This document shows positions 13,626-26,349 of a DNA stretch of 64,000 nt, in pieces. This stretch comes from Malacoraja senta (taxonomy: Eukaryota): the NCBI GenBank assembly GCA_038087875.1, contig CM075993.1, positions 5,706,001-5,770,000 of the forward strand. Direction: 5' to 3'. The translations under genes were made by a program, and so were the position numbers. The notes beneath the pieces were generated by a model, which saw only the letters and a program-made list of their open reading frames with translations, was not told the DNA's origin and ran no database searches. The first letter of the stretch is position 1; each line of letters opens with the position of its first letter.

Positions 13626-13925
13626 GAGTGGCTCAGTGGTAGACTTGCTGCCTTGCAGCGCCAGAGACCAGGTTCGATCCTGACCACGAGTGCTGTCTGT
13701 ACGGAGTTTGCACGTTCTCCCTGTGATCGCGTGGGTTTTCTCCAGGTGCTCCCGTTTCCTCCCACACTCCAAAGACGAACAGGTTTGTAGGTTAATTGGC
13801 TTTGGTAAAATTCCAAATTGCCCCTTGTGTGTAGGGTAGTGCTAGTGTACAGGTTGATTGCTGGTCGGCACGGACTCTGTGGGCCGAAGGGACCGTTTCC
13901 GCACTGTATCTCTAAAGTCTAAAGT
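13626..13925 (+). mobile_element. HE1/V-SINE-like tRNA-derived SINE
   Basis: A-box TGGCTCAGTGG, B-box GGTTCGATCC, core and CR1-type tail. Confidence 0.85.
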
Positions 13926-14114
13926 CCTAAAGTGCACACTGCAGCCACGATGCTGGTGGAGGCAGTGAATGTGCAGAGATGATCCATAATCCATTTATTG
14001 CCACATGTTCTGGAACGGAACAATGACATTGTTACAGCAGCAGCAGCAGCATAACAGAATATGTAAACTTTGTCAATATTCTGTACACAATGCATTAAAC
14101 GAGAAAAACATTCT

Positions 14115-14396
14115 GTGTATGTGTATATACACATATGTGTGTATATGTGTGTATAAATATACATACACGCCTATACATATATATACACACTGACGTTTTA
14201 TCTCATTTAATATATTGTTTACAGAGTACTTACTATGTTTACATATTCTACTATTTTGCAGTATGTGCACATATATATGTGTGTGTGTGTGTATATACAT
14301 GTGTGTGTGTATATATGTGTGTGTATATATATGTGTGTGTGTATATATATGTGTGTGTATATATATATATATGTGTGTGTGTGTATAGATATACTG

Positions 14397-14441
<45 letters not shown>

Positions 14442-14445
14442 GTGT

Positions 14446-14519
<74 letters not shown>

Positions 14520-14538
14520 CTGTATGTGTGTATACAGG

Positions 14539-14603
<65 letters not shown>

Positions 14604-14622
14604 CTGTATGTGTGTATACAGG

Positions 14623-14653
<31 letters not shown>

Positions 14654-14745
14654 ATATATATATGTGTGTATATATATATATATGTGTGTATGTGTGTATA
14701 TACACACATCTATACATTACATACACAAAAACACACACACACACA
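14115..14745. repeat. Compound (TA)n/(TG)n microsatellite with a higher-order unit
   Basis: GTATCTGTATGTGTGTATACAGG recurs at about 14516 and 14600. Confidence 0.95.
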
Positions 14746-14759
14746 AACAATAATATATG

Positions 14760-15183
14760 GGTAGACAATAATGCTGGAGAAACTCAGCGTGTGAGGCAGC
14801 ATGTATGGAGCGAAGGTATAGGTGACGTTTCGGGACAAGACCCTTATTCAGACTGATGTGGGGGGGGGGGGGCGGGAAGAAGAAAGGAAGAGGCGGAAAG
14901 CAAGGGTCTTGACCCGAAACGTCGCCTATTCCTTCTCTCCATAGATGCTGCCTCACCCGCTGAATTTCCCCAGTATTTTTGTCTACCTTCAATTTTTCCA
15001 GCATCTGCAGTTCTTTCTTCAACATAATGTATGGGTGATGTTTCGGGTCGAGACCATTCTTCAGTCCCTTCGAGTCTCGACCCGAAACGTCACCCATTCC
15101 TTCTCTCCGGAGATGCTGCCTGTCCCGCTGAGCTACTCCAGCACTTTGTGTCTATCTTCGGAGCATCTGCAGTTCCTTCCTGA
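14760..15183. mobile_element. Cluster of Penelope-derived palindromic segments
   Basis: Same arms as the other copies, with several CCCGAAACGTC motifs on both strands. Confidence 0.75.
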
Positions 15184-15761
15184 GCAATAACGAAAGTTGA
15201 CTCGTGTGAGTCGAGAGCGTTTTATTGTCATATGCCCCGAAAGGGAACAATGCCATTCTTACTTGCAGCAGCACAACAGCCATGTATCACCAGTGGAGAT
15301 CAGGTAAACACCAACATAATCTTGCAAATTCTTAAACAGTAACAAGCGCCCATTGTACCATTTATCTGTTGCAGACTCTGCCTGACATCTCTCTTTGTTT
15401 ACTCAGTGTGATGAAACAATTGTGTCTGTCCCCACTCAGAACTGGGATAGAGCAGCAACCCTTCTCCCCATGCTGGTCAGATGTCCCACAAACACAGCCT
15501 CTGGCTCAGCACTCCGTCCAATTTACTTATTTTTCAAAGCACGCGTCGCTGTCTTTTGAAAAAAAAAAAAGGCCCTTTGTTCAGGGAGTCGGCACGGAGT
15601 CGTGGCCGTGGTGAAGTGAAAGGAAGCCCTCTGCGATAGCACTTCCCACACAGAGCCAGCCTGAGATCTTTAACCCTCTTTCCCCTCAAGAAGCCCGTGG
15701 ACTCCTAGTCAAGTGGGGTCAAGGCCGAGTTTTTGTGATGCTGGAGAAAGGTGTTGAGTAA

Positions 15762-16384
15762 AGGGCCTGTCCCACTTGGCCGTCATTTACGTGACAGGCC
15801 GGTAGTGACGGTCCCGCGCGTCATCATGCGTCCGCACAGCCGTCTGGAGCGCGTGACATCATTTGAAGATGGACCCAAAATGCTGGAGTAACTCAGCGGG
15901 ACCGGCAGCACCTCTGGGGAGAAGGGATGGATGATGTTTCGGGTCGAGACTCTTCTTCAGTCCGATGAAGGGTCTCGACCCGAAATGTCACCCATTGCTT
16001 CTCTCCAGAGATGCTGCCGGTCCCGCTGAGTTACTCCTGCATTTTGTGTCTATCTCCAATCATCTTGGCTGGGCTGTGGGAGTAGGAGTGGGGGGCGGAT
16101 CCGGATCCGCAACGGCCGTGAGCCCCAGGCCGAGCTCGGCGATCGCTTGCCTGCTTCTGCTGCTGTTGGAGGTGAGAGATTGTGTCGCGCCAGGGTCTTG
16201 GGCCTGTCCCACTTTGGCCGTCAGTTACACGACAGGCCGGTGGCGCGCGAAGATTTCATGCTGGACGAAGTCCACACTCCGCCACGCCACTCCATGCGCC
16301 CGTCCCCGCGCTACCCACGTGCTACCCACACGCTAGCAGGTCGCGTAAATGGCGCGCGAATGACGCCCAAGTGGGACAGGCCCT
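15762..16384. mobile_element. Composite Harbinger-type MITE carrying a Penelope hairpin
   Basis: TIR AGGGCCTGTCCCACTTGG; flanks TAA/TTA; internal third TIR near 16200; reverse-complement copy at 56324-56934. Confidence 0.82.
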
Positions 16385-16460
16385 TTACACTTCAGCCGTG
16401 AGCAAGCAGTTCCCTGGGTCAATTGGCCACCTCTTCTGGGATGGAATCATAGAATAGTTC

Positions 16461-16766
16461 ATTTAGTTTAGTTTAGAGATACAGCGCGGAAACAGGCCCT
16501 TGGGCCCACCGCGTCCACGCCGAACAGCGATCCCCGCACATTAACACTATCCTACACGCACTAGGTACGATTTACAGTTACACCAAGCCAATTAACCTGC
16601 AAACCTGTACGTCTTTGGAGTATGGGAGGAAACCGGAGATCTCGGAGAAAACCCACGCAGGTCACGGGGAGAACGTGCAAACTCTGTACAGACAGCACCC
16701 GTAGTTAGGGTTGAACCCGGGTCTCTGGCGCTGTGAGGTAGCAACTCAACCGCTGCGCCACCACGC
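16461..16766 (-). mobile_element. HE1/V-SINE-like SINE
   Basis: Reverse complement of the same head, core and (CTAAA)n tail. Confidence 0.85.
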
Positions 16767-16871
16767 CCAACGTGGGCGAGAGGAGACCCAAACTGTGCCA
16801 CCGTTGCTCACTCCCTCGTTGGCGAGGAGTCCGTGGGTCACGTTGACGCTAACCTCTGCCTCTCTCACCAG

Positions 16872-17104
16872 CTGGCAGCAGTACAAAGACCAGCTCTGGC
16901 GTGCCGGCTGGTCCACCCGTCTACGTGGACCTGGCCTACGTCCCCAACCACTGCAGCGGCAAGAACGTGGATCAGGAGTTCTTCAAACGCGTCCGCTCCT
17001 CCTACTACGTGGTGAGCGGCAACGACCCTGGAAGCGGGGAGCCAAGCCGAGCCGTGCTGGACGCACTGTTGGACGGCAAGTCCCAGTGGGGGAACAACCT
17101 TCAG
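16872..17104 (+). CDS. MAP1A: MAP1A penultimate coding exon (LC2: ..PVYVDLAYVPNHCSGK..QWGNNLQ)
   Basis: Pyrimidine tract and CCAG| at 16871/16872, phase 1 matching the upstream donor; donor CAG|GTACCT at 17104/17105; conserved MAP1 light-chain sequence. Confidence 0.95.
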
Positions 17105-17159
17105 GTACCTACCGAGCCCGGCGTCGGCCTTGCTCTATTGTTACATGGGACAATAACTG

Positions 17160-17395
17160 GGCGTTAGAGGAATCAATACTCATACCGCTGGGTTGTAAAC
17201 TGCCCAAGCGAAATATGAGTAGGAAGGAACTGCAGACGCTGGTTTAAGCCGAAGAAAGACACAAAATGCTGGAGTAACTCAGCGGGAGAGGCCGCTTCGC
17301 AGGAGAGAAGGAATGAAGAAGGGTCTCAACCCCATTCCTTCTCTCCAGAGATGCTGCCTGACCCGTTGAGTTACTCCAGCTTTTTGTGTCTTTCA
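17160..17395. mobile_element. Short Penelope endonuclease remnant with an inserted palindromic element (17220-17393)
   Basis: CATACCGCTGGGTTGTAAACTGCCCAAG matches about 58363-58390; hairpin arms follow. Confidence 0.7.
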
Positions 17396-17454
17396 AGCAA
17401 TCTATGAGGTACATATGAGAAGCCGGGCTCCTCAGACCTTGCTGCTCACTTAGT

Positions 17455-18620
17455 TTAGTTTAGTTTATTGTCACGTGTATCGAGGTACAGTGAAAAGCTT
17501 TTCATTGTGTGCTAACCAGTCAGCAGAAAGACAATACATGATTGCAATCAATCCATTTACAGTGTATAGATACATGATAAGGGAATAACGTTTAGTGCAA
17601 GGTAAAGCCAATAAAGTCCGATCAAGGATAGTCCAAGAGACATCGAAGAAGTAGATAGTAGTTCAGCACTGGTTGTGGTAGGATGATTCAGTTGCCTGAT
17701 AACAGCTGGGAAGAAACTGTCCCTGAATCTGGAGGTGTGCGTTTTCACACTTCTGTACCTCTTGCCCGATGGGAGAGGGGAGAAGAGGGAGTGACCGGGT
17801 TGAGACTGGTCCTTGATTATGCTGCTGGCCTTGCCGTGGTGTAGATGGAGTCAATAGAAGGGAGGTTAGTTTGTGTGATGGCCTGGGCTGTGTCCACAAT
17901 TCGCTGCAATTTAAGTAAGTAAGTTTATTGGCCAAGTATTCACATACAAGGAATTTGCCTTGGTGCTCCGCCCACAAGTAACAACATGACATACAGTGGC
18001 AGTTACGAATGACTCAGAAAACACTAAACATTAATAATACTAATAAAACATTAATGATAAAACACCATTGATCAAGCATGTGAACCAACAAAATACCAGA
18101 TCAAAGGGAGGCTACAGATTTTTGGCTGTTGAGTAGAGCAACTACTCGTGGATAAAAACAGTTTTTATGTCTGGCTGTGGCAGCTTTGACAGTCCGGAGT
18201 CGCCTTCCAGAGGGAAGTGATTCAAAGAGTTTGTGGCCAGGGTGAGAGGGGTCAGAGATGATCTTGCCCGCTCGCTTCCTGGCCCTTGCAGTGTACAGTT
18301 CATCAATGGAGGGAAGGTTGCAGCCAATAACCTTTTCTGCTGATCGGATGATTTGCTGCAGCCTCCAGACCATGATGGAGAAGGTGAGGACCGTGTAGAA
18401 TTGGACCATGATTACCTGTGGCAGAATGTGCTTCCTCAGCTGCTGTAGGAAGTACATCCTCTGTTGTGCCTTTTTGACTGTGGAGTCAATGGCAGCCCCC
18501 CACTTAAGGTCCTTGGAGATGATGGTTCCCCGGAACTTAAAAGACTCCACAGATGTGACTGTTGTGTTGTTGATGGTGAGTGGGGTAAGGGGAGGGGGAG
18601 CTCTCCTCATTTCTTGTAGT
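17455..18620 (-). mobile_element. Two adjacent Rex1/Babar-type LINE 3' fragments
   Basis: KTHTSRFRDSFFPAVIRQLN and VESFKFRGTIISKDLKW..KKAQQRMYFLQQLRK..DPSHPGHKLFESLPSGRR; each has its own AATAAA plus short-repeat tail. Confidence 0.85.
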
Positions 18621-18739
18621 CCTGGATGGAGCTGTTGCTAGGCCAGGGGGTGACGCATGCTTGCGAAAGGCTATCTTGTTGGCTCTGTGTAATAGAGCGA
18701 CTCTTGTCTTTTTTTTTTGTGTCCCCCCCCCCACTCAAG

Positions 18740-18895
18740 GTGACGTTAATACCGACGCACGACACGGAGGTGACACGGGAGTGGTACCAGCAGACCCACG
18801 AGCGTCAGCAGGAGTTGAACATCATGGTGTTAGCAAGCAGCAGCACGGTGGTGATGCAGGACGAGTCGTTCCCGGCATGCAAGATCGAGTTTTGA
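18740..18895 (+). CDS. MAP1A: MAP1A terminal coding exon (VTLIPTHDTEVTREWYQQTHE..DESFPACKIEF*)
   Basis: Long pyrimidine tract, AAG|GTG acceptor, conserved MAP1A C-terminus, TGA at 18893-18895. Confidence 0.96.
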   Translation: MTLIPTHDTEVTREWYQQTHERQQELNIMVLASSSTVVMQDESFPACKIEF

Positions 18896-21800
18896 GCCAC
18901 ACCCAACCTCTCTCTCCCGGCCTGGCGGAGACACCCTGCTTCATCATTCCGTTCCCACACTAATTATTTATTTTCGTTCAATTAGGTTAATTTAAGGCTA
19001 GATTTGCAGCTTACTGCTAAGGAAACAAGTTGACATAATGTGACTCTCTGCGTTCTAGGGGACTAACTTGGAGACCAATTTGGTATTACAAGTGGCCGTT
19101 TGCTTGCGATTCCCCTCGTGTTTGTTGCAGCTTCAACGCAGTGAAGATTGGAGTTGGGACTCTCTTGGAGCGGCTGATTCGGCTCCCAGGACAAGGGTTT
19201 GTATCGTTGCTTGCTTTGAGGACCAGCACCAGGAAGACTCAGTGGGTTGGTTCGGCGGCTGCTGCGGTTTTCGCGGTGAAAGGTTGTTGTTTTGGGGGGG
19301 CGTTGTCTTGCCTCTCGAGGGACCTCGATGTGAGAACGCCTCTTGCGGAAGAAGTCTTCGTTGTGCCCCGCGGCAGCACTCCCACCTTGCCCACTGCCAG
19401 CCCAAAGGCAGAAAGCCAAGAGGAGCCTGAAGCCGAACAAAACTGGATGAGGGGGGGGGGGGCCAGCTTAACCGGCCCGTGCCTGACCTCTCTCCCCATC
19501 CCCCCCCCACCCACCCTGCTCTCAGAACTGCCCGCAGCCCAAAGTTGCCTCAGTGTTAAATCCAGGGGCGGTGGGTCTTCGATGGGGAGGGGTCGGTGTT
19601 GAAATGTGGCACCGTTTGGTGTAAGGATAATGGACAGGGCCTTCGGATAAAACTTGCATGTAGCTTGCGAGCGCCACAGACTTAACTGTGAGCTGGACAT
19701 TTCCTGACTGTGTTCCAAGAGGCATTTGCTCATCCTGTTTTCCCATTGTGACCGCTACTCTCGTAAAGCAGGAACATGTCTGAGATGACCCATGGCAAGG
19801 AAACAGGCAGTCAGACACGTTGAACGTTTGCCATGGATTACAATGCAAACTCGAACAATAGCAATCCACTGTGTTTAAAGAGACAGCACCCCAATGTGTA
19901 CTAGTGTAAGTGCATATCTAAACTGTCCCTGCACTAATACAGAACTTGCGGGAGGGACGGAAAGACCAATTCACTTTATTTGTACCTATACATTAATTTA
20001 AATTGTTTAATGATATTCTGAGTTGTATAACGAACTTGTGATGATCGAGTCTGAAAAGTTAACTTTTAAAGGGATGTTTTAAATTATTGAACACAGCCTG
20101 TCAAAGGCAAAGATAGGGGGCCTGTCTCTTTAAGAAGACAATGTCTGGCTTGAATTGAATTTAAAGTGCACACACAAAATGGTTCTGATCGCACGTGGCC
20201 ATGTTGGTTCGATGTGTTTAGGAGCAGAATTTCCCCGCGATGAAGGACTTTGAACACATTAGTACCAGTCTGCGGTGGGCAGGCGGTGTTGCTGATGGAA
20301 TGTGCAGCCTGCTTCACCCAGGCCGAGCAGACACATTGCCAAGACAAGTGCGTGAGATGGTGACCTTGCATCATTGCATGCTCTGGTGAGGGGACGAAGC
20401 ACTGTGTTCCCATCACAGTGCAGTGCCCTCCCGCTTATAACATCCACCCAAGCTTCATGATGGTTTCAATGGACGAACTCTGTTCCTTTCATCAAATAGA
20501 GATCTGTGGACGTGCTGTTGCTTTGATTGCAGGGCCCCGTCTTGCCCTGTGGTGAGATAGAGGGACACTGCGCGTTGTTCCACTGTATGTTTGTGGTCAG
20601 CTTAAAGAGAGACCAGGGCTTCCCCCACTTTGAACGTGAGGAGCAGTGGCTGAAGTTGGATATTGCCTTTTTTTAACAAACCAAAGTGTGCAAGTAGGCC
20701 TCTCTTAAGCGTAAATACCAGGTGTGGTTGCCTTAGACATTAGGATGAATGTAGCTATTTAATGCACTACTGCTGCTGCAGCAATGCAGGGCTGGGACTG
20801 GCTTTGTTTATGTTGCCAATTTACTGCACATAGGCATGTTGCAGGCAACGCCGAGCTGTCGCATCAACGTCCAGCGTTTACTTGTATTAATTGCCCTTCT
20901 TTAAACTCCCACAAGGTCAAGGCTGGCGGTACGGGGACCAGAGTGGAAGCGAGCTTGGTGTTTGCCGTGTTAGGGTGAGGTTGAAGGGGACAGTTTCGTT
21001 GAGGAGATGGACCATAGTTGGGGTCATCAGAACCCTAGTTCCAAGTCCAGTTTTGCCTTTCCCTGAGCGCTTGCTTGCAGCTGCATTTGGTCAACGTTGG
21101 CTCATTCCCCGCACCTCTATGCCCACCTCGCGGGACTCCCGCCGTTGGTTTGTGGGATTAGAGGAACAAGGGGTGCATGCACTCCATGCATCCTGTCTGC
21201 CCTCAGTCCCTGCACTGGTGGCTGCATTGCCCAGCTCATCCATCGCTCCTCCCCAACCAGTGAGAGGAAACATCGTCGCCGGATCAGTCGATTAGTCCAA
21301 CCAAATATAACTGGGTGTGTTCTCCCACCTGCCTGAAGCCCGAGAGCTTCATAGTCCAGCGTAGAAACCTGAAGGGAAGCCAAACTCCAAGCAGCTTGGA
21401 GGAAGAGGCAAGTGAAGGTTGCAATGGGAAGAGCTTGACGGTACATTGGTCTTGTCCTGAGCAGGTTTGACCCCTGCATGGAAGGGTGGGGTGGGGAGGG
21501 GAGATATGTTACTGGGACCATTCCCTGTCTGTGCTTCTTGGCTTGCTGCATGCGTAGTGTGCGTGGTGACTGTGTATATATTAAATGTACGTGACGTTAG
21601 GAAGCCCGATAGGAAGGTTTGAAGTGACCCAAGCATTCTATGCTGAGGTACTTAGATTTGCTGTAGGCCCTGACTTTAATATGGAGTGTACAATGTTTGT
21701 AGTTTCCGACCTGTTCCCATAATGGGCCGGCAACGGTAATGCTGGCTGGATCTTTCCGTCGGCAAATCTGAGGACGAAGCTAACGGATGGAACAGGTTTT

Positions 21801-22640
21801 GACGTGTCTTTGTGTGTGCGGTCAAGTCTTTGCAAGCTGTCATCGACGTGGGGTATTTAGATTAGCACAAGAAGTGTGTCACGTTTGTTGTGATAAGATG
21901 GTTGGGATATTAAGGGATTTGTACAGTAGTACGAGAAGTGTGCGTGAGTGAGAGAACTGACATTCGCCAGGAAACACTGGCGCTGTTGCTGAAATGGACA
22001 ATGGATTTTGGAAAAGTGATTAGCTGCGGGAGTCCATGGTACCAGAGACATTTCTCGGCACCACAATTCAGGTGGTCACTCATCGATAAGGAGACTCATT
22101 ACCTTTTGCCCCTCACCATTCCTCCCTCCCACGCATACCTGGACCACAGAAATGGGATTGCCTGATCTAGGAGGCTTTAATCTGCCATTCTTCCCCCATT
22201 GACCCAACGACAGAGGCTGACTACTGATGTGTGCATGGAGGAGATCAGATTTAAAAGATTGTATTTAAAGGGAATATTGTTCGTGTAGCCATGTTTATAG
22301 ACCTCTAGGCACTCCATCATTTGCTGTTATGAGACCATTTTCCCTCAAAAGGATCACATCACGGCTATCTTTGTTCGAGCTCCATCCTAACCAGTGCTTT
22401 TATTGCAACGATATGCGTGATTCTGCTCTGAAAAGTTCAAACTAATTTTTAGAAATTGGATGTTATACTTTTTAGTTAATAGTCTGGAAGTTGATTGGTC
22501 ACAAAAAAATCAAAGGAGGTGGAGTATGTTGGAAAAAAATAGCTTGATTTTTAATTGGTATAGATTAATTTTTAGTCTACAACAAAAATGCACTGGTTCT
22601 AACCATGTTAGACTTGGGTACCGATCCTTATACACATCTT

Positions 22641-22780
22641 GTGCAGGAAGGAACTGCAGATGCTGGTTTAAACCGAAGATAGACACAAAAAGCTGGAGTA
22701 ACTCAGCAGGACAGGCAGCGTCTCTGGAGATGCTGCCTGTCCCGCTGAGTTACTCCAGCTTTTCGTGTCTATCTCCTTGC
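22641..22780. mobile_element. Penelope-derived hairpin lacking the hammerhead-like core
   Basis: Near-perfect inverted repeat at 22677-22774; ACACATCTT flanks at 22632-22640 and 22781-22789. Confidence 0.8.
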
Positions 22781-23529
22781 ACACATCTTATCGCACCAGT
22801 CAGCAGACCAGGTTCTATCTAGCTGTTCAGTTGTCGGAACCAGACGTGGTCCATATGGATGCTAGTTCTCATGAAGCTTCATTAATAATTTATTTGTCTT
22901 GTAGTTTGTCGGTGTTATGAATAGATTTATATAGATTGGCGTACTTAATTTATAAGCACAACTCTAACCAGTATTGTACCCGCAAGTTGACATGTTTACA
23001 TAGAGTATGTATTTGCACTCCATTTGTTGTGGCTGCAGCCTGCTCATCCAAGGTTTTATTTGTATTTTTGAGAGACAATGGCACTCTTGACAATGAATGC
23101 TTTAAAAAAAAAAAAAGACATAGGTATAAGGGAAGCCGGATTTATTTCTGTGCTCTGTTGGAGTCGTTCTCCGAACCCAGACTTGCTGATGGGGTCCATG
23201 TTGTTCTGCTGCTGGTGGCCAGAATGTCCTCGTCGTACAGTGTTCTATCCACGACCACTCTCTGCCGCCCAGTTCACCCAGAGCGAGTTCTGTACGAATA
23301 ATCCAGCACTCGCTATTAATTCCTTCCATCTAGGCTGTGAACCCCATCGCCTAGAGTTCCATGTAAATTCTGTCCAAGGTCACCAAAAAACCTCTTCAAC
23401 TTCAACTCGAGAGTGAGATCTTCGTACATTCGCTCTGCAGGGCCTCCACTGGTCGGGGAACTATCTGCCTTCGACTCCTGGACCGTAATCACGGCAAATT
23501 CCCTCTCGCCGTATCCCAACCTGATCCCA

Positions 23530-23790
23530 TCAATCAATCAATCTTATTTGTATAGCACATCTAAAAACAACTCACGTTGACCAAAGTGCTGTACATCAGT
23601 TCAGATACGAATGTGCTACATACAATGGTAGGCAGACCCAACAATACATACATAAACTGTTTACAGCGCCCCCTCAGAGGGCCTCAAAAACACGAGAGAG
23701 TAGAAATAGGTTTTAAGCCTCGACTTAAAGGAGTCGATGGAGGGGGCAGTTCTGATGAAGAGAGGGATGCTGTTCCAATCTAGGTGCTGT
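23530..23790 (-). mobile_element. L2-type LINE 3' fragment
   Basis: WNSIPLFIRTAPSIDSFKSRLKTYFY and (TTGA)n tail. Confidence 0.75.
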
Positions 23791-26269
23791 CTAGACATCA
23801 GACAGTGATGAATAGACATCAGACCCAGCTCTTCCAAGAACCATTCCCAGGTTAGGTGGGTTTCCATTGCCTAATTTTCAGCATCCATCTACCCCTTAGG
23901 AGCCATGCCCACACTATCGTCACCTTGATTCTCCTGCAGAGGTGAGAATAAGAGGTGGGTTGAGTGTACGCGTGTGTGACAAGTTTGCGTGGGATTTTAA
24001 ACTTTTCCAACTTTGCTGATTTCAAAGGGTTACGGCGTTAATACGGTGGAGGGGGAAAGGGGAAGGTTCTGCTGCCCAAGATGATTTCTGTAATGGCTGT
24101 AATTCCGGAGGAGAGGCGGAGGTTGGGATCTCTTAGATTATGGAGAGAGAGAGATAGCGGCAGAGGAAGCGAGAAGGCCGGGAAAGTGAGGGTACAGAAA
24201 GTGGAGAAGCCTCGGAGAAGGAGACGGTGTTTTGGAAAACTGGGGAAAGAGGGTGAGAGAAAATACGAGGAATGGGTAGGGAAGAGAATGAAAGGAAACT
24301 GTGGGATTCCAGATCTGAGATGGCTTTTTGGGAGATGATAAGGTGCTCAGCCTCATGAGATTAGTCACGGAATTACAGTATGATTTAGGTGAAATACCTG
24401 CAAAAACAGACACCTACAACGCCAATTGAGTTGGGAAGATGGTTTCCAACAAGAAAAGGCCTTGGGAGTTGACAATCAGATATCTGGGTTAGATTCTAGC
24501 TGCGGAGAGGATATTTCATTGTAAAGGTTTCCAGCATTCGAGGTGAAATAAATCAGGACAGAACAGAGAGAGGGTTTAGATTTTGGATCTCAGCAGAAAG
24601 GGTGTGTATGAGGGGTGTTAGTATGTTTAGGGTACATAATGGGTTGGGAGGGTATGAGTGAGGGGGTTTTAGTTAGTTGAGGGTTTGGGGGGGTGGGAGT
24701 GTGTGAGTGAGGGGTAGTAGTGCATGCAGGGTGCATAAGGGGTTGGAGGGAAGGGTGGGAGGCTCTAGAAGGGAGGAAGGTGACCCCCCCCCCCCCCCCC
24801 CGCTTTTTGGTTGCTTGAAAAATATGGCTGGATTTGGGCTGCGGGAGTGGGGTGGTGGGCAGCAAGACACGGACTGCATGATGCCTCCAGCTGTCTTGCA
24901 GGAATTGTCTACACAGCACTAAAGGTAACGCTCATTAGTCTAGCGAAGATGAATCCAGATTGTAAGAACCTTAACAGCTTCATGGAAGGGGCTACAATGG
25001 AAATCTCTGCTGCTGTCTTTTATTAAGCCAGTCTTACTCCATTCTGCAGTCAGACAGCCCTGGCCGAGTGATTATTCTGTACAAAGTCCTCCTGTCCTGC
25101 AGAGTGACCTTTGAATGTGTATTCCAGTATTATCTAAAAGGGACCCATCCACCTGTTTAGCCACAAGTGTCCTCGCTGAGTTACCCGAGAGAGCACCTTG
25201 TGATCAAGATTGAAGGAGGGAAGAGGCCAAATTCCCTTGTCCTGGAGTTCAGAACACTCTTAGTTCTCTTGTCCAGTTAGAAAACTGCTAGCTGCTTACT
25301 AATCATGAAAGACAAAAGTCCCGTCCCAAACCGGTGAAAATTCTCTCTGTTGCAAGACGCAACAGAATTGATCCATCACTTGCCCTATTTCACCGAACCA
25401 TACCAATAATAATGAGCAGAATTAAGAGTAATGCACTGTTTACTTGAGGTGGGGAAAGTGCCACTATGAATGTTATCTACTTACCCAACGAACACCATCT
25501 GCCTCTTCCAATCTTTAAAGATATATATATAGAAAGCTGTTCGACTTTTTAAATGTATTGACATGTCTGGAATTTTCAATTGATGCGGTTGAATTAAAAA
25601 ATAAGGAAATGTATTTAAGACTGTACATTGGGTTTAGAAGCTGAGACCAACTTAAAGAATTTGTCACAAGTTAATACTTTAGCTAGGAAACCAGAAACAT
25701 AGGTTCAGTAAGCAAATCCCTGTTCATTTTTGGCCTCATCTAACTGTGAATAAATCGAGCCCTTAATCTCGTGGAAGATTTAACCGGGCTAAATTAACCC
25801 CGTGCCTATGTCAGTGGGATTTTTTGAACAAGAGGATTTAAACACAAAAAAAAAAGAATTCCGTTTAGGAAATAAAAAGTCTTCCAGATACATTGGGAGA
25901 TTAAATCCAAGGATGAAACCGTATTCCAGGGACACTCTGCTGAGGAGTAATCCATTGGGAATTTAATGAAAACCTTTTTTCAGAAAAGTCCTCTTGCTAG
26001 TTCTGCATGCGCACATTTATTCCTATGTTATTCCTGTATGTAACGGTTTAAAAAAAATGGAAAAATTATATAAAAAGCAACTTGTCTTAACTCGAAGGAC
26101 CTGTAAACTTACTGAAATTCTCCTCGTTCAGTTCCATGGTGTAAAAACAACAAGACTGTAGCATTCATCTCCGCGCAATATTAATATTTAGTTCTCCAGA
26201 TTCTGTGTGCAATATTCGGTATCTCTTTAACTGCAAACTACTGAGATTTATTGAGTCTGATTGTTGCCC

Positions 26270-26275
26270 AATAAA
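26270..26275 (+). terminator. Candidate distal polyadenylation signal of MAP1A
   Basis: AATAAA after an AU-rich stretch, followed by GT/T-rich sequence (GTTGTGTATGACTCTTTGACTTTTTTT); repeats resume right after it. Confidence 0.55.
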
Positions 26276-26349
26276 ACACATCTATTGAGATCAGTTGTGT
26301 ATGACTCTTTGACTTTTTTTTCCCCAGTTTCAGATTAGTTTATTCGTCA

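Larger units (their letters stand above)
18896..26300 (+). other. MAP1A: Putative long MAP1A 3' UTR
   Basis: Follows the stop codon and is nearly free of interspersed repeats, unlike its flanks. I saw AATAAA only at 24547, 25749, 25871 and 26270. Confidence 0.5.

Noticed and set aside
4082..13642. The 3186-aa ORF as a single-exon gene
   Set aside because: It starts at TTG inside an intron and reads past a clear donor at 13508; it is an internal exon.
23316..23537. Minus-strand 73-aa ORF that looks protein-like
   Set aside because: It starts in an L2 tail, all frames beyond the L2 contain stops, and no homology was recognised.
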